From Priapulus caudatus (Eukaryota): a stretch of 64,000 bases of DNA. The notes beneath the pieces are model-generated. The model was not told the origin of the DNA. It did no database searches and was given only the letters and a program-made list of their open reading frames with translations. Of this stretch, positions 52,811-64,000 are shown piece by piece. The stretch is from assembly GCF_000485595.1 (NCBI RefSeq), contig NW_014577074.1, positions 557,110 to 621,109 on the forward strand, given 5' to 3'. Position 1 is the stretch's first letter. Every line of letters starts with the position of its first letter. A program made the position numbers and the translations under genes.

Positions 52811-55069
52811 ATTTCTCGTAAGTAAATGTCAACTGCAGTATACTACAAAACTACACCAGATAGATGTAAATCTAAAATCGAAATTCAGACGTAGATCTGA
52901 AACCGACGAACTTATGACACTATGTGGTAGAATAAGTAGATCTATTCGAATACAAGCTAATACAATCGTCTAGAACAACCTCATGATATAATAAATTTTA
53001 CTTTTAATTTGACAGCAAGAACTATGCAATAAAATAGTGGTGAAACAGGGTAATTTGCTAAGGGTAATCCTACAAAATGATGCGACAGAAAACATGCAAA
53101 TCCTAGTATTCTATAAAAACAAATCCATTAATTACCTTAGCTAGATGAAACGGCGTTGCTAACTATAACCACGAGTAAATTATAGGGATTGGGAACGGTT
53201 ATTATTCGGGACGCAGAATTGAACAATTTCGATTGTCTAAAAATAATGGATAAATTTGTCAAAATTAAGGTTTCTAAGAGTTAAAAGAACTCAACTGTGA
53301 ATTGTGATTTTATTTTAATTGGAACTGAGAAATTGCATTTTTACCTAGGACACTGTGAGTGGACAACCTCTCGCTCACCCCTCAATAAAAGATCCAATAA
53401 ATAAAATACCATGATTGCGCTGCTGTCTCGTATTAAAAGTTGCTTATTTCATAAAAAAATACCTTCACACGATCATACAAAGTTCCCTGGACGCTAGTGG
53501 ATAATTTCGAAGCACCACATAATATAATCAATTATTTTTATGCACCACTTTCATTATGCTAGTATGATAGACATTTATATTTTTAAAAGAAATACTTTTC
53601 ATGTTACTAACCAACATTGTAACAAAACCACATTATTTGGCAGAAATTTTCGAGACAGTTCACTTATTCATGACATTTCATTTCTGGATCACAAGTTTTT
53701 GTGATGTAGAAGCTTAGAAATAGTGATAGCATATGGGAATTGCTATCTATAACTTACCGATTTAATATGGATTAGAAGTGCTATAAAGTGCCGCGGAGCG
53801 ACAGCGCTCATCTAACATCTACTGCGGTGACTCTGTGGTGGAGTGGTGGGATTTTAATAAACCCTGTTAGTCCCAAATGTGTTCATATACACGCCGAAAC
53901 AGTGGAAGGCACAGGGATGGTATCAGGAACCTTCTCAAAGGAATGTTCGTTGGGATCCTTATGAAAGTTGCCATGAGATGGCGCGTACGTTTAAGTGTCT
54001 TAAGATTAAAGATGGAAGCTCCCATCGTAGCAACAACTATAGGGCTGAAATAGAGCTGCCACCTGTAACTAATTAACGCAGGCAAAAACTACACAGTACT
54101 ATCACCACCACATGCACTGGCAGTGGCCACTGTTAGTGGCATACGTTACATGTAACACACTGACAGTACAGAATGCCACAGAAATTATACGATTTAAAAA
54201 GCATAAACCTTCTTCAACCAAATTTAGCTTTTGAAATTTCACTGTGACATTGTAGCCTCATACATCCAGGCATGTATAGATTCTACTAGCAAACCGGGTG
54301 CGCGCCGGCAGTCAAATTCTTTCTAACAGTAAACAAATCCATGTTTAACCCTCCTCTTGAGGGTCAAAAGGTTATCCGACACTCTTCGCATGTCAGCAGA
54401 AAGTACATTTCATGGTCCTTTCAATAAAGCCATAAATGCTAGTCACCGCTGAACAAAGGTTTTTTAATCGTGCCGCCAGACCATGTCTTCAGAAAATGTC
54501 TAAAATCTGCCTGTGCCCCATCTACCTTTGACCTGTGACCTCCAAATTTTCGGCACAGTGATGGCTTTTCCTACCATGATGCCTATACACAACTATCACG
54601 AGCCTAGTCGAGCCGTTTAGATTTGTGCGCAATTCTGCATTTCCTCCCTATACTTAAGTTTAGGAGGGAATGTCCCCCTTCTTTTACACCTCTTGACCTT
54701 GACCCCAGCTTCGACATCCCAACTCGTTTCGATTAACCCCCCCCCCCGTCCGAAATATCGTGACCGGTACGGTACGGTCACGATATTCGGGACGTGGGGG
54801 GATAATCGGTACGTCGAGTGGTTAAGAGTTGTGCCCAACTGTTGACGCACGCACGAACGGATGGACGGACGCACGACCAGACGGACGGACGCACGCTCAT
54901 GCGATTATACAAGCTGCATCTGACTATGTCAGATGAGCTAAAAAACGAATCTAATCTCCACTTACTGCTGCTGTTTGTAGTACTACTTAACATAAGAGTA
55001 CTATTAATAGTTATGTTGTTGTTGCTGCTGCTATTGGTGATGTTGCAGCCACAGCCGCCACCACTTCTG

Positions 55070-58000
55070 CTACCACTAACACTAGCACTATAACACTACC
55101 AGTACCATTATCACTGCTACTACATACTACTGCCTGCTGCTGCTGCCCGCTACCACTACTGCTACCACTAACACTAGCACTAACAACTACCACTATCACT
55201 GCTACACTACTAACTGCTGCTGCTGCTGCTGCCGCTACCACTAACTGCTACCACTAGCACTAGCAACGACACTTACACTACCACTGCCCTACTACTACAC
55301 TGAACCCGCTTGCTGCTGCCCCCGCTACCACCTACTGCTATCATTACCAAAACCACGACTACCGTTACCGCCTACTGCTGCTGCTGCCAGTAACACGACT
55401 GTACTGCTATTAATATTGCGACTATATACTACTGCTGAAAAATTAGCAATTTTGGCCGGTGCGTTGTCTTTTTCGCTGGTGTGCGTCAGCATTTCGTTAC
55501 CGTTATTCGTTATCGTTCGTCGAGCGCGCCTGGACCAACGCTATGCATTCGTTGTCATTCATCGTGTACGTCGGGATTTCACAAATGTGCGCGGAGCTCG
55601 ACGCATGAATGTACACCCCAGAAGGACGCCAGACCACGTGCAGAGCGAGCTGGACCAACGCCAAGACACACCGCGGAGCACACGCTGGGTATCGTTGTAT
55701 GTTTGTCGACTGAGGTGTAGCGCACACCTAGCCGCAACACCTAGCGTGCTTCTAACGCATGTCCAGCGAACATGCAGGCGAATATGCAATGGGCGTGCTG
55801 AACGAGTGCTGAACGAGTCTGTAGCGCGCCCAGCGTTCTTACTAGCGTGTTCCTAGCGTGTACGCAGCGTGTACCCCCACCTCCTGCATCATCACTTCTC
55901 CTCCGACCCTCATGGGTGATAAATAGAGGTTCCTGCTGATTGTGTCTAGAAGAACCACCTCAGAAGAATGGAGGATCCCGACAGGCTGCGCGACTACAAT
56001 ACGAAATCGCGGTTCTCCAAACATCAGCAGAACTCATGAAACTGGAACTTCATCAAGTCCATGTCATCAGGAGAAAGAGAAAGAGAAGAGGTCAACGGAG
56101 GTTCTGGTCCGACCGTGGATCGGTGAGCGACAACAGTTTGGCCTGTATGACCCAGCTACTTGTTGAACTCCGTAACGAAGACCAGGCAGCCTTCAAGAAC
56201 TTCATGCAGATGCTCCCCGAGATGTTCGACGAGCTGCTAACCAGAGGGTCCGAGGAATCACCAAGCAGAATACAACCTACAGAGAGGCCCTCGACCTTGC
56301 CTGAAGCTTAATTGCCCTCACGCTGTGGCATCTTGCTCTGGGACCAAGTATCACTCATATCCTATAGTGGAGGGTGCCTCACAACACCATATCCCTGCTC
56401 ATCCGGAAGTGTGCCAGGCCATCATCGATGAGTACAAGATGAGGGGATGAAGTGCCCCCCACTCCTGAGGAATGGTGTGCCAATATCTGACAAGTTCATG
56501 GAGAGGTGAACACTTCCCCCATACCTGTGGTGCACTTGATGGCAAGCACGTCAAACTGCAAGTGTCCCACAAACAGTGGTTCCCTATACTAACAACTACA
56601 AAACGTTCTACTCTGTTGTCCTCATGGCGCTCGTGGATTGCTGATTACAAGTTCATCTGGGCAGACATTGGCGGTATGGGATCAGCATCAGACGCTCAGA
56701 TCTACAATGCTTTCTGAGCTGAATGAATGCATTGAAGATTGTATAGTCTAGGCTTCCCAGATCCCGATCCTCTTCCCAACGACAACCAAGATGTGCCCTA
56801 CTTCTTCGTCGGCGACGATGCCTTCACCCTACGACCCAACATGATGAAGCCGTACAGCCTCCGGGTATGACGCGGCCGTAGCGCATCTTGAACTAACGGC
56901 TTTCCGAGCCAGGAGGTCGTAGAAAATGACTTCGGCAATCCTGGCCACCCATTTCCAAGTTCTCCTGAGCACGATGCAGCAGCACCCGAGACCGTCAAGC
57001 TCATTGTCACAGCATGCATATAATCACGCTGCCGTTCGCTGGCTGTGCGTTGAATGCGCGGTGCATCCCGGACCATTCGTTCGTGCGCTAGCAACACGCT
57101 GTGAATTCGTTGGATTTTTTAACATGTGCGCGCCTGTATACGCTCTGTATGCGCTCTGTTATGCGCCCTGTATACGCTCTGTATGCGCTCTGTATGTGCC
57201 TGTAATACGCGCAGCGCGCTAGCACACGCTGTGCTTCGTAGTCCAAACTCGCTTAGCTTCTCCAACTCCTGACAAAAGTTGGCGCACAACGACGCACCTG
57301 ATCTTATTTTCCATTTTTTTCAATGCACGGGCCGTGCGTCGCGTATGTGTGATTGGCCATTAATATAGATATTGGCTCAATTAAATATGGGCTATTAATA
57401 TAGACTGGGGCCAAACATTAGAATTCTGTTGTTGCTGCCCTGTCGCTAATGTTGATGACCATTGCGAGGGCGTTGTCGCGGTTTTACACAGTTCTCTAAT
57501 ACTATAAACAACTCTAAGGTAACAGTACATCCGCTATAAATCAGTACGTTTACTAAAGGTACGATCGACTGTCTAATTCACATACTAGCTCACCTCTCCA
57601 ATTGCGTATGTCAATAACGTGTTTTAAAACAGCGAGCCAAATAATTAATAGCCCTGAGGGATCAATTAAGTGACGAGAAATAGCACTGAAAATGTAGGCC
57701 TACAGACACAAATACCCCCCCTAGCTAGCACGTCTTAAAAAAATAAGAGAATAACGCGTTGGCTTTGGTCTCCTGGATGCGAACATAATGTCACTAGAGA
57801 AGAACTATCCTTTCAATATCAGAAAAGCACATCAATCTCGCCTTAGAAATGTCAAATAGGACCGATGGGTGAAACCATTTTACTTCCATGCCGCCATTCT
57901 TCATGAATAGACAGATATTGCCATTACGAATGCCATTCATGTTATTGTACACGCTGCATCTGACTATATGTACATTATAGAGATGAGAGGAATCCGTGTC

Positions 58001-58846
58001 TATAATCCTGGTCTAATTACATACTGACCAGGATTCAGTGGGCATTATACTCGTGTGTTATCTCGGGTGAATAATGACAAGGTTTGTCATTAATATTCAC
58101 CCTAGTATTAATGAGAGAATGGGACACATTTATATCAGAAGTATAGATAATAGGAATTCCTCTATTATCTACTTCTGTTTATATGACATTCGTATATATA
58201 TATATATCAAGAGCTAATAATAGACTATTTTAATTATTAATACTAATTAATAAGAGCTAATATCACAAAAGTTAATAATACCTATTACCTATAAATATAT
58301 ATAGTATTATTAGCTCTTGATATAAAATCAGGAGTCTATCAATAGAAGTAAGACAGACTGAAACTGGCAAAAATTCAACAATTTAGTTGCCTTATAGTCT
58401 ACACTATGATTTATTGTGTTTAACTCGATAAACTTGAGCTCAAAATCTTACCTTATCATTAAACTAATGCCGTGTCTAATCGTTGGTCTCTCACAAAAAT
58501 GACAAATCGGAAGATATCGGTTCAAACGGTACAATTGGTTTTTGAAAGTTATACCGCATTTTCAACAACTGTGAACCGAAACATAAGGCAATGCTTTTGA
58601 AAGCCTCTATCGCTTAGCAATGCAAACAATAGCAAAACAACTAGCGAGGTTTTGCCAGGGATTTCGGAAAGTAAACACGACTTGGTGTTATTGATACTAT
58701 TTTACATTAGAAATAAAAAATTTCACATGTTTAGTATTTTTATCCATTTTATTTTTCTTAACAATATCGTTTCATAACATGTAATTATTGTCATTCGAAC
58801 ATGGCCTATAATAACAACAAAGGCGTGTTTAACTTTCCGAAATCCT
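55070..58846. repeat. About 3.8-kb tandem duplicate of about 59080-62873, separated by an N gap
   Basis: Collinear near-identity (minisatellite, transposase, unique flank, foldback arm) with scattered 1-nt indels. Confidence 0.9.
55968..57023 (+). pseudogene. Second, indel-riddled copy of the same PIF/Harbinger transposase
   Basis: Near-identical to 59951-61009 but with many 1-nt indels; lies inside the duplicated block 55070-58846. Confidence 0.85.
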
Positions 58847-58871
58847 NNNNNNNNNNNNNNNNNNNNNNNNN

Positions 58872-58936
58872 CTGCCGCTACCACTACTGCTACCACTAAC
58901 ACTAGCACTATAACACTACCAGTACCATTATCACTG

Positions 58937-58967
<31 letters not shown>

Positions 58968-59028
58968 CGCTACCACTACTGCTACCACTAACACTAGCAC
59001 TATAACACTACCAGTACCATTATCACTG

Positions 59029-59059
<31 letters not shown>

Positions 59060-59120
59060 CGCTACCACTACTGCTACCACTAACACTAGCACTATAACAC
59101 TACCAGTACCATTATCACTG

Positions 59121-59151
<31 letters not shown>

Positions 59152-59204
59152 CGCTACCACTACTGCTACCACTAACACTAGCACTAACACTACCACTATC
59201 ACTG

Positions 59205-59235
<31 letters not shown>

Positions 59236-59400
59236 CGCTACCACTACTGCTACCACTAGCACTAGCACGACCACTACCACTACCACTGCTACTACTACTA
59301 GCCCGCTGCTGCTGCCGCCGCTACCACTACTGCTATCATTACCAAAACCACGACTACCGTTACCGCCACTGCTGCTGCTGCCAGTAACACGACTGTACTG
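58872..59400. repeat. 92-bp minisatellite built from CTA/CTG/CCA triplets
   Basis: Unit restarts (ctgccgc) at 58872, 58964 and 59056; abuts an N gap; degenerate copy at about 55070-55410. Confidence 0.85.
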
Positions 59401-59950
59401 CTATTATATTGCGACTATATACTACTGCTGAAAAATTAGCAATTTTGGCCGGTGCGTTGTCTTTCGCTGGGTGTGCGTCAGCATTCGTTACTCGTTATTC
59501 GTTATCGTTCGTCGAGCGCGCTGGACCAACGCTATGCATTCGTTGTCATTCATCGTGTACGTCGGGATTTCACAAAAATGTGCGCGGAGCTCGACGCATG
59601 AATGTACACCCCAGAAGGACGCCAGACACGTGCAGAGCGAGCTGGACCAACGCCAGACACACGCGGAGCACACGCTGGGTACTCGTTGTATGTTTGTCGA
59701 CTGAGGTGTAGCGCACACCTAGCGCACACCTAGCGTGCTTCTAACGCATGTCCAGCGAACATGCAGCGAATATGCATGGGCGTGCTGAACGAGTGCTGAA
59801 CGAGTCTGTAGCGCGCCCAGCGTTCTTCTAGCGTGTTCCTAGCGTGTACGCAGCGTGTAGCCCCACCTCCTCATCATCACTTCTCCTCCGACCCTCATGG
59901 GTGATAATAGAGGTTCCTGCTGATTGTGTCTAGAAGAACCACCTCAGAAG

Positions 59951-61009
59951 ATGGAGGATCCCGACAGGCTGCGACTACAATACGAAATCGCGGTTCTCCA
60001 ACATCAGCAGAACCTCATGAAACTGGCACTTCATCAAGTCCATGTCATCAGGAGAAAGAGAAAGAGAAGAGGTCAACGGAGGTTCTGGGTCCGACCGTGG
60101 ATCGGTAGGCGACAACAGTTTGGCCTGTATGACCAGCTACTTGTTGAACTCCGTAACGAAGACCAGGCAGCCTTCAAGAACTTCATGCAGATGCTCCCCG
60201 AGATGTTCGACGAGCTGCTAACCAGAGTGGGTCCGAGGATCACCAAGCAGAATACAACCTACAGAGAGGCCCTCGACCCTTGCCTGAAGCTTAATTGCCC
60301 TCACGCTGTGGCATCTTGCCTCTGGGACCAAGTATCACTCAATATCCTATAGGTGGAGGGTGCCTCACAACACCATATCCCTGCTCATCCCGGAAGTGTG
60401 CCAGGCCATCATCGATGAGTACAAGGATGAGGGGATGAAGTGCCCCACCACTCCTGAGGAATGGTGTGCCATATCTGACAAGTTCATGGAGAGGTGGAAC
60501 TTCCCCCATACCTGTGGTGCACTTGATGGCAAGCACGTCAACTGCAAGTGTCCTCCAAACAGTGGTTCCCTATACTACAACTACAAAAGGTTCTACTCTG
60601 TTGTCCTCATGGCGCTCGTGGATGCTGATTACAAGTTCATCTGGGCAGACATTGGCGGTATGGGATCAGCATCAGACGCTCAGATCTACAATGCTTCTGA
60701 GCTGAATGAATGCATTGAAGATGGTATAGTCTAGGCTTCCCAGATCCCGATCCTCTTCCCAACGACAACCAAGATGTGCCCTACTTCTTCGTCGGCGACG
60801 ATGCCTTCACCCTACGACCCAACATGATGAAGCCGTACAGCCTCCGGGGTATGACGCGGCCGTAGCGCATCTTGAACTAACGGCTTTCCCGAGCCAGGAG
60901 GGTCGTAGAAAATGACTTCGGCATCCTGGCCAACCATTTCCAAGTTCTCCTGAGCACGATGCAGCAGCAGCCCGAGACCGTCAAGCTCATTGTCACAGCA
61001 TGCATATAA
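59951..61009 (+). pseudogene. PIF/Harbinger DDE transposase, disrupted
   Basis: Motifs WVRPWI, FKNFMQM, WNFPHTCGALDGKHV, YYNYKRFYSVVLMALVDADYKF, VGDDAF and RARRVVENDFGIL. Frameshifts near 60293 and 60728, with in-frame stops after 60860. A TIR-like end gtgtgattgggcca followed by TTAA lies near 61410. Confidence 0.92.
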
Positions 61010-62357
61010 TCACGCTGCCGTTCGCTGGCTGTGCGTTGAATGCGCGGTGCATGCCCGGACCATTCGTTCCGTGCGCTAGCAACACGCTGTGCATTCGTTG
61101 GATTTTTTAACATGTGCGCCCTGTATACGCGCAGCGCGCTAGCAACACGCTGTGCATTCGTTGGATTTTTTAACATGTGCGCCCTGTATACGCTCTGTAT
61201 GCGCTCTGTATGCGCCCTGTATACGCTCTGTATGCGCTCTGTATGTGCCCTGTATACGCGCAGCGCGCTAGCAACACGCTGTGCATTCGTTGTCAACTCG
61301 CTAGCTTCTCCCAACTCCTGACAAAAGTTGGGCGCACAACGACGCACTGATCTTATTTTCCATTTTTTCAATGCACGGGCCGTGCGTCGCGTATGTGTGA
61401 TTGGGCCATTAATATAGATATTGGCTCAATAAATATGGGCTATTAATATAGACTGGGCCAAACATATAGAATCTGTTGTTGCTGCTCCTGTCGCTAATGT
61501 TGATGACCATTGCGAGGGGTTGTCGCGGTTTTACACAGTTCTCAATACTATAAACAACTCTAAGGTAACAGTACATCCGCTATAAATTCAGTACGTTTAC
61601 TAAAGGTACGATCGACTGTCTAATTCACATACTAGCTTCACCTCTCCAATTGCGTATGTCAATAACGTGTTTAAAACAGCGAGCCAAATAATTAAGAGCC
61701 TGAGGGATCAATTAAGTGACAGAAATAGCACTGAAAATGTAGCCTACAGACACAATACCCCTAGCTAGCACGTCTAAATAAGGAATAACGCGTTGGCTTT
61801 GGTCTCCTGGATGCGAACATATGTCACTAGAGAAGAACTATCCTTTCAATATCAGAAAAGCACATCAATCTCGCCTTAGAAATGTCAAATAGGAACGATG
61901 GGTGAAACCATTTTACTTCCATGCCGCCATTCTTCATGAATAGACAGATATTGCCATTACGAATGCCATTCATGTTATTGTACACGCTGCATCTGACTAT
62001 ATGTACATTATAGAGATGAGAGGAATCCGTGTCTATAATCCTGGTCTAATTACATACTGACCAGGATTCAGTGGCATATGACTCGTGTGTTATCTCGGGT
62101 GAATAATGACAAGGTTTGTCATTATATTCACCCCTAGTATTATGAGAGAAATGGGAACACATTTATATCAGAAGTATAGATAATAGGGAATTCCCTATTA
62201 TCTACTTCTGTTTATATGACATTCGTATATATATATATATCAAGAGCTAATAATAGACTATTTTAATTAATAATAGCTAATTAATAAGAGCTAATATCAA
62301 AAGTTAATAATACCTATTACCTAAATATATATAGGTATTATTAGCTCTTGATATAAT

Positions 62358-63204
62358 ATCAGGAGTCTATCAATAGAAGTAAGACAGACTGAAACTGGCA
62401 AAATTCAACATTTAGTTGCCTTATAGTCTACCTATGATTTATTGTGTTTAACTCGATAAACTTGAGCTCAAATCTTACCTTAATCATTAAACTAATGCCG
62501 TGTCTAATCGTTGGTCTCACAAAAATGACAAATCGGGAGATATCGGTTCAAACGTACAATGTGGTTTTTGAAAGTTATACCGCATTTTCAACAACTGTGA
62601 ACCGAAACATAAGGGCAATGCTTTTGAAAGCCCTCTATTGCTTAGCAATGCAAACATAGCAAACAACTAGCGAGGTTTGCCAGCGGCACTTTCGGAAAGT
62701 TAAACACGACTTGGTGTTATTGATACTATTTACATTAGAAATAAAAAATTTCACATGTTTAGTATTTTTACTCCATTTTATTTTTTCTTAACAAGTATCG
62801 TTTCTAATGTAATTAACTGTCATTCGACATGGCCTTATAATAACAAACAAGGCGTGGTTTAACTTTCCGAATCCCTGGCAAACCTCGCTAGTTGTTTTGC
62901 TATGTTTGCATTGCCTAAGCGATAGAGGGCTTTCAAAAGCATTGCCCTTATGTTTCGGTTCACAGTTGTTGAAAATGCGGTATAACTTTCAAAAACCACA
63001 TTGTACGTTTGGACCGATATCTCCCGATTTTGTCATTTTTGTGAGACCAACGATTAGACACGGCATTAGTTTTACATGATTAAGGTAAGATTTGAGCTCA
63101 AGTTTATCGAGTTAAACACAATAAATCATAGGTAGACTTAAGGCAACTAAATGTTGAATTTTGCCGGTTTCAGTCTGTCTTACTCCTATTGATAGACTCC
63201 TGAT
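62358..63204. mobile_element. Large foldback element with about 340-bp inverted arms and ATCAGGAG termini
   Basis: atcaggagtctatcaatag...tttcggaaag is mirrored by ctttccgaa...ctattgatagactcctgat around a spacer of about 160 bp. Confidence 0.75.
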
Positions 63205-63340
63205 AATATATATATATATATATATAATATATATATCATGAATGAGCAACAACAAAAGCAACGGGGAAGTAAAATCTGGACACATGAATGCTGCATGCAT
63301 GCTGAATAGTGAGAGCACGGGGGAAAGTGGGGGAACTTAC

Positions 63341-63391
63341 CGTCAATACAATCCTCCCCCGCTACGCACGCGTCCGGGCTGATCAAACATC
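63341..63391 (-). CDS. PTPRN: IA-2/PTPRN-family gene, first exon visible in window (start of RESP18-homology domain)
   Basis: Acceptor ttcgttgcag| and donor |gtaagt; 51 nt, phase 1 to 1. Encodes (G)CLISPDACVAGEDCID, matching the Cys spacing of the recalled human IA-2 segment GCLFDRRLCSHLEVCIQ. Confidence 0.9.
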
Positions 63392-64000
63392 CTGCAACGA
63401 AGACGAAGCACGCATTATAATTACCGTCCTCGCCTACACTAATTACGATATCAGTGACTATGACGAGCTATGGCAGCGGCAACATCACATCCACTCCGGT
63501 TAACTAATCCACTAATTGCTTCAAACCATTTGGAGTGAACTAATTGTGCACGTACGAGCTGCGGGCACAAAATTTACTTGGCAATCTGCATGCCCAACTT
63601 CCCTCTAAACGTATTTGCACCGGGATGTTGGTGTATAGATGGATGCAATAGATCGAATGCAATATACGTAATGCAAACACATTAAAATCCATAGATATTA
63701 GGAGTTGTAATGATAATGCAACCGATAATTTGTGCTATGCATAAAATCAGGAGTTACTCTTTATTTTAACTCCTGATAAAATGAATGAATAAACGAATGA
63801 AACACTGAATATTGTAGATATACGCCGTACTGAGAAGGAAATCATATATTAAAAACATTGATTATATGACACAGAGACCACCTGAGAGCATGCGCATGCG
63901 CAGGCACCCAGTAGATATTACGCTAAAGCTCCTGACCCTTAGACCCATTTACTATACAGCATAACCTGGTCCTAGCTGTGCGACTTGCCATATCTTCCGT

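Noticed and set aside
59924..60734. Domesticated HARBI1-like host gene
   Set aside because: Frameshifts, in-frame stops, a truncated C-terminus and a TIR-like end indicate a dead transposon copy.

Overview
Repeat-rich eukaryotic DNA, most likely from an invertebrate animal (the taxon is an inference). The window is a draft assembly with several N gaps. One gene explains almost all of it: a minus-strand IA-2/PTPRN-family (dense-core-vesicle receptor tyrosine phosphatase-like) gene. I traced 11 exons with consistent GT-AG phases from 63391 down to 9087, about 2.7 kb or 900 aa. They run from the Cys-containing RESP18-homology N-terminus, through a long acidic pro-region, into the juxtamembrane SEA-like 'Receptor IA-2' domain. 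I did not find the signal-peptide exon or the transmembrane and PTP-domain exons in the window. Four features of the gene stand out. (1) A 1.39 kb exon encodes Gly/Asp/Tyr tandem repeats (GGYDDAAGKA, GDGGGDGGGDKNA). (2) Two strong in-frame internal 5' splice sites could remove that repeat block. (3) A DxDxDG Ca2+-loop motif sits just before the IA-2 domain. (4) A stop codon overlapping a splice donor, followed by AATAAA, could give a soluble isoform. The introns contain a decayed PIF/Harbinger transposase, Helitron and Helentron-type non-autonomous elements, Kolobok-, hAT-, pogo-, CMC- and MULE-like MITEs, foldback hairpins and microsatellites. Several multi-kb indel-rich duplications look like long-read gap-filling artefacts. 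All family assignments come from reading the sequence and recalled family features, not from database searches.
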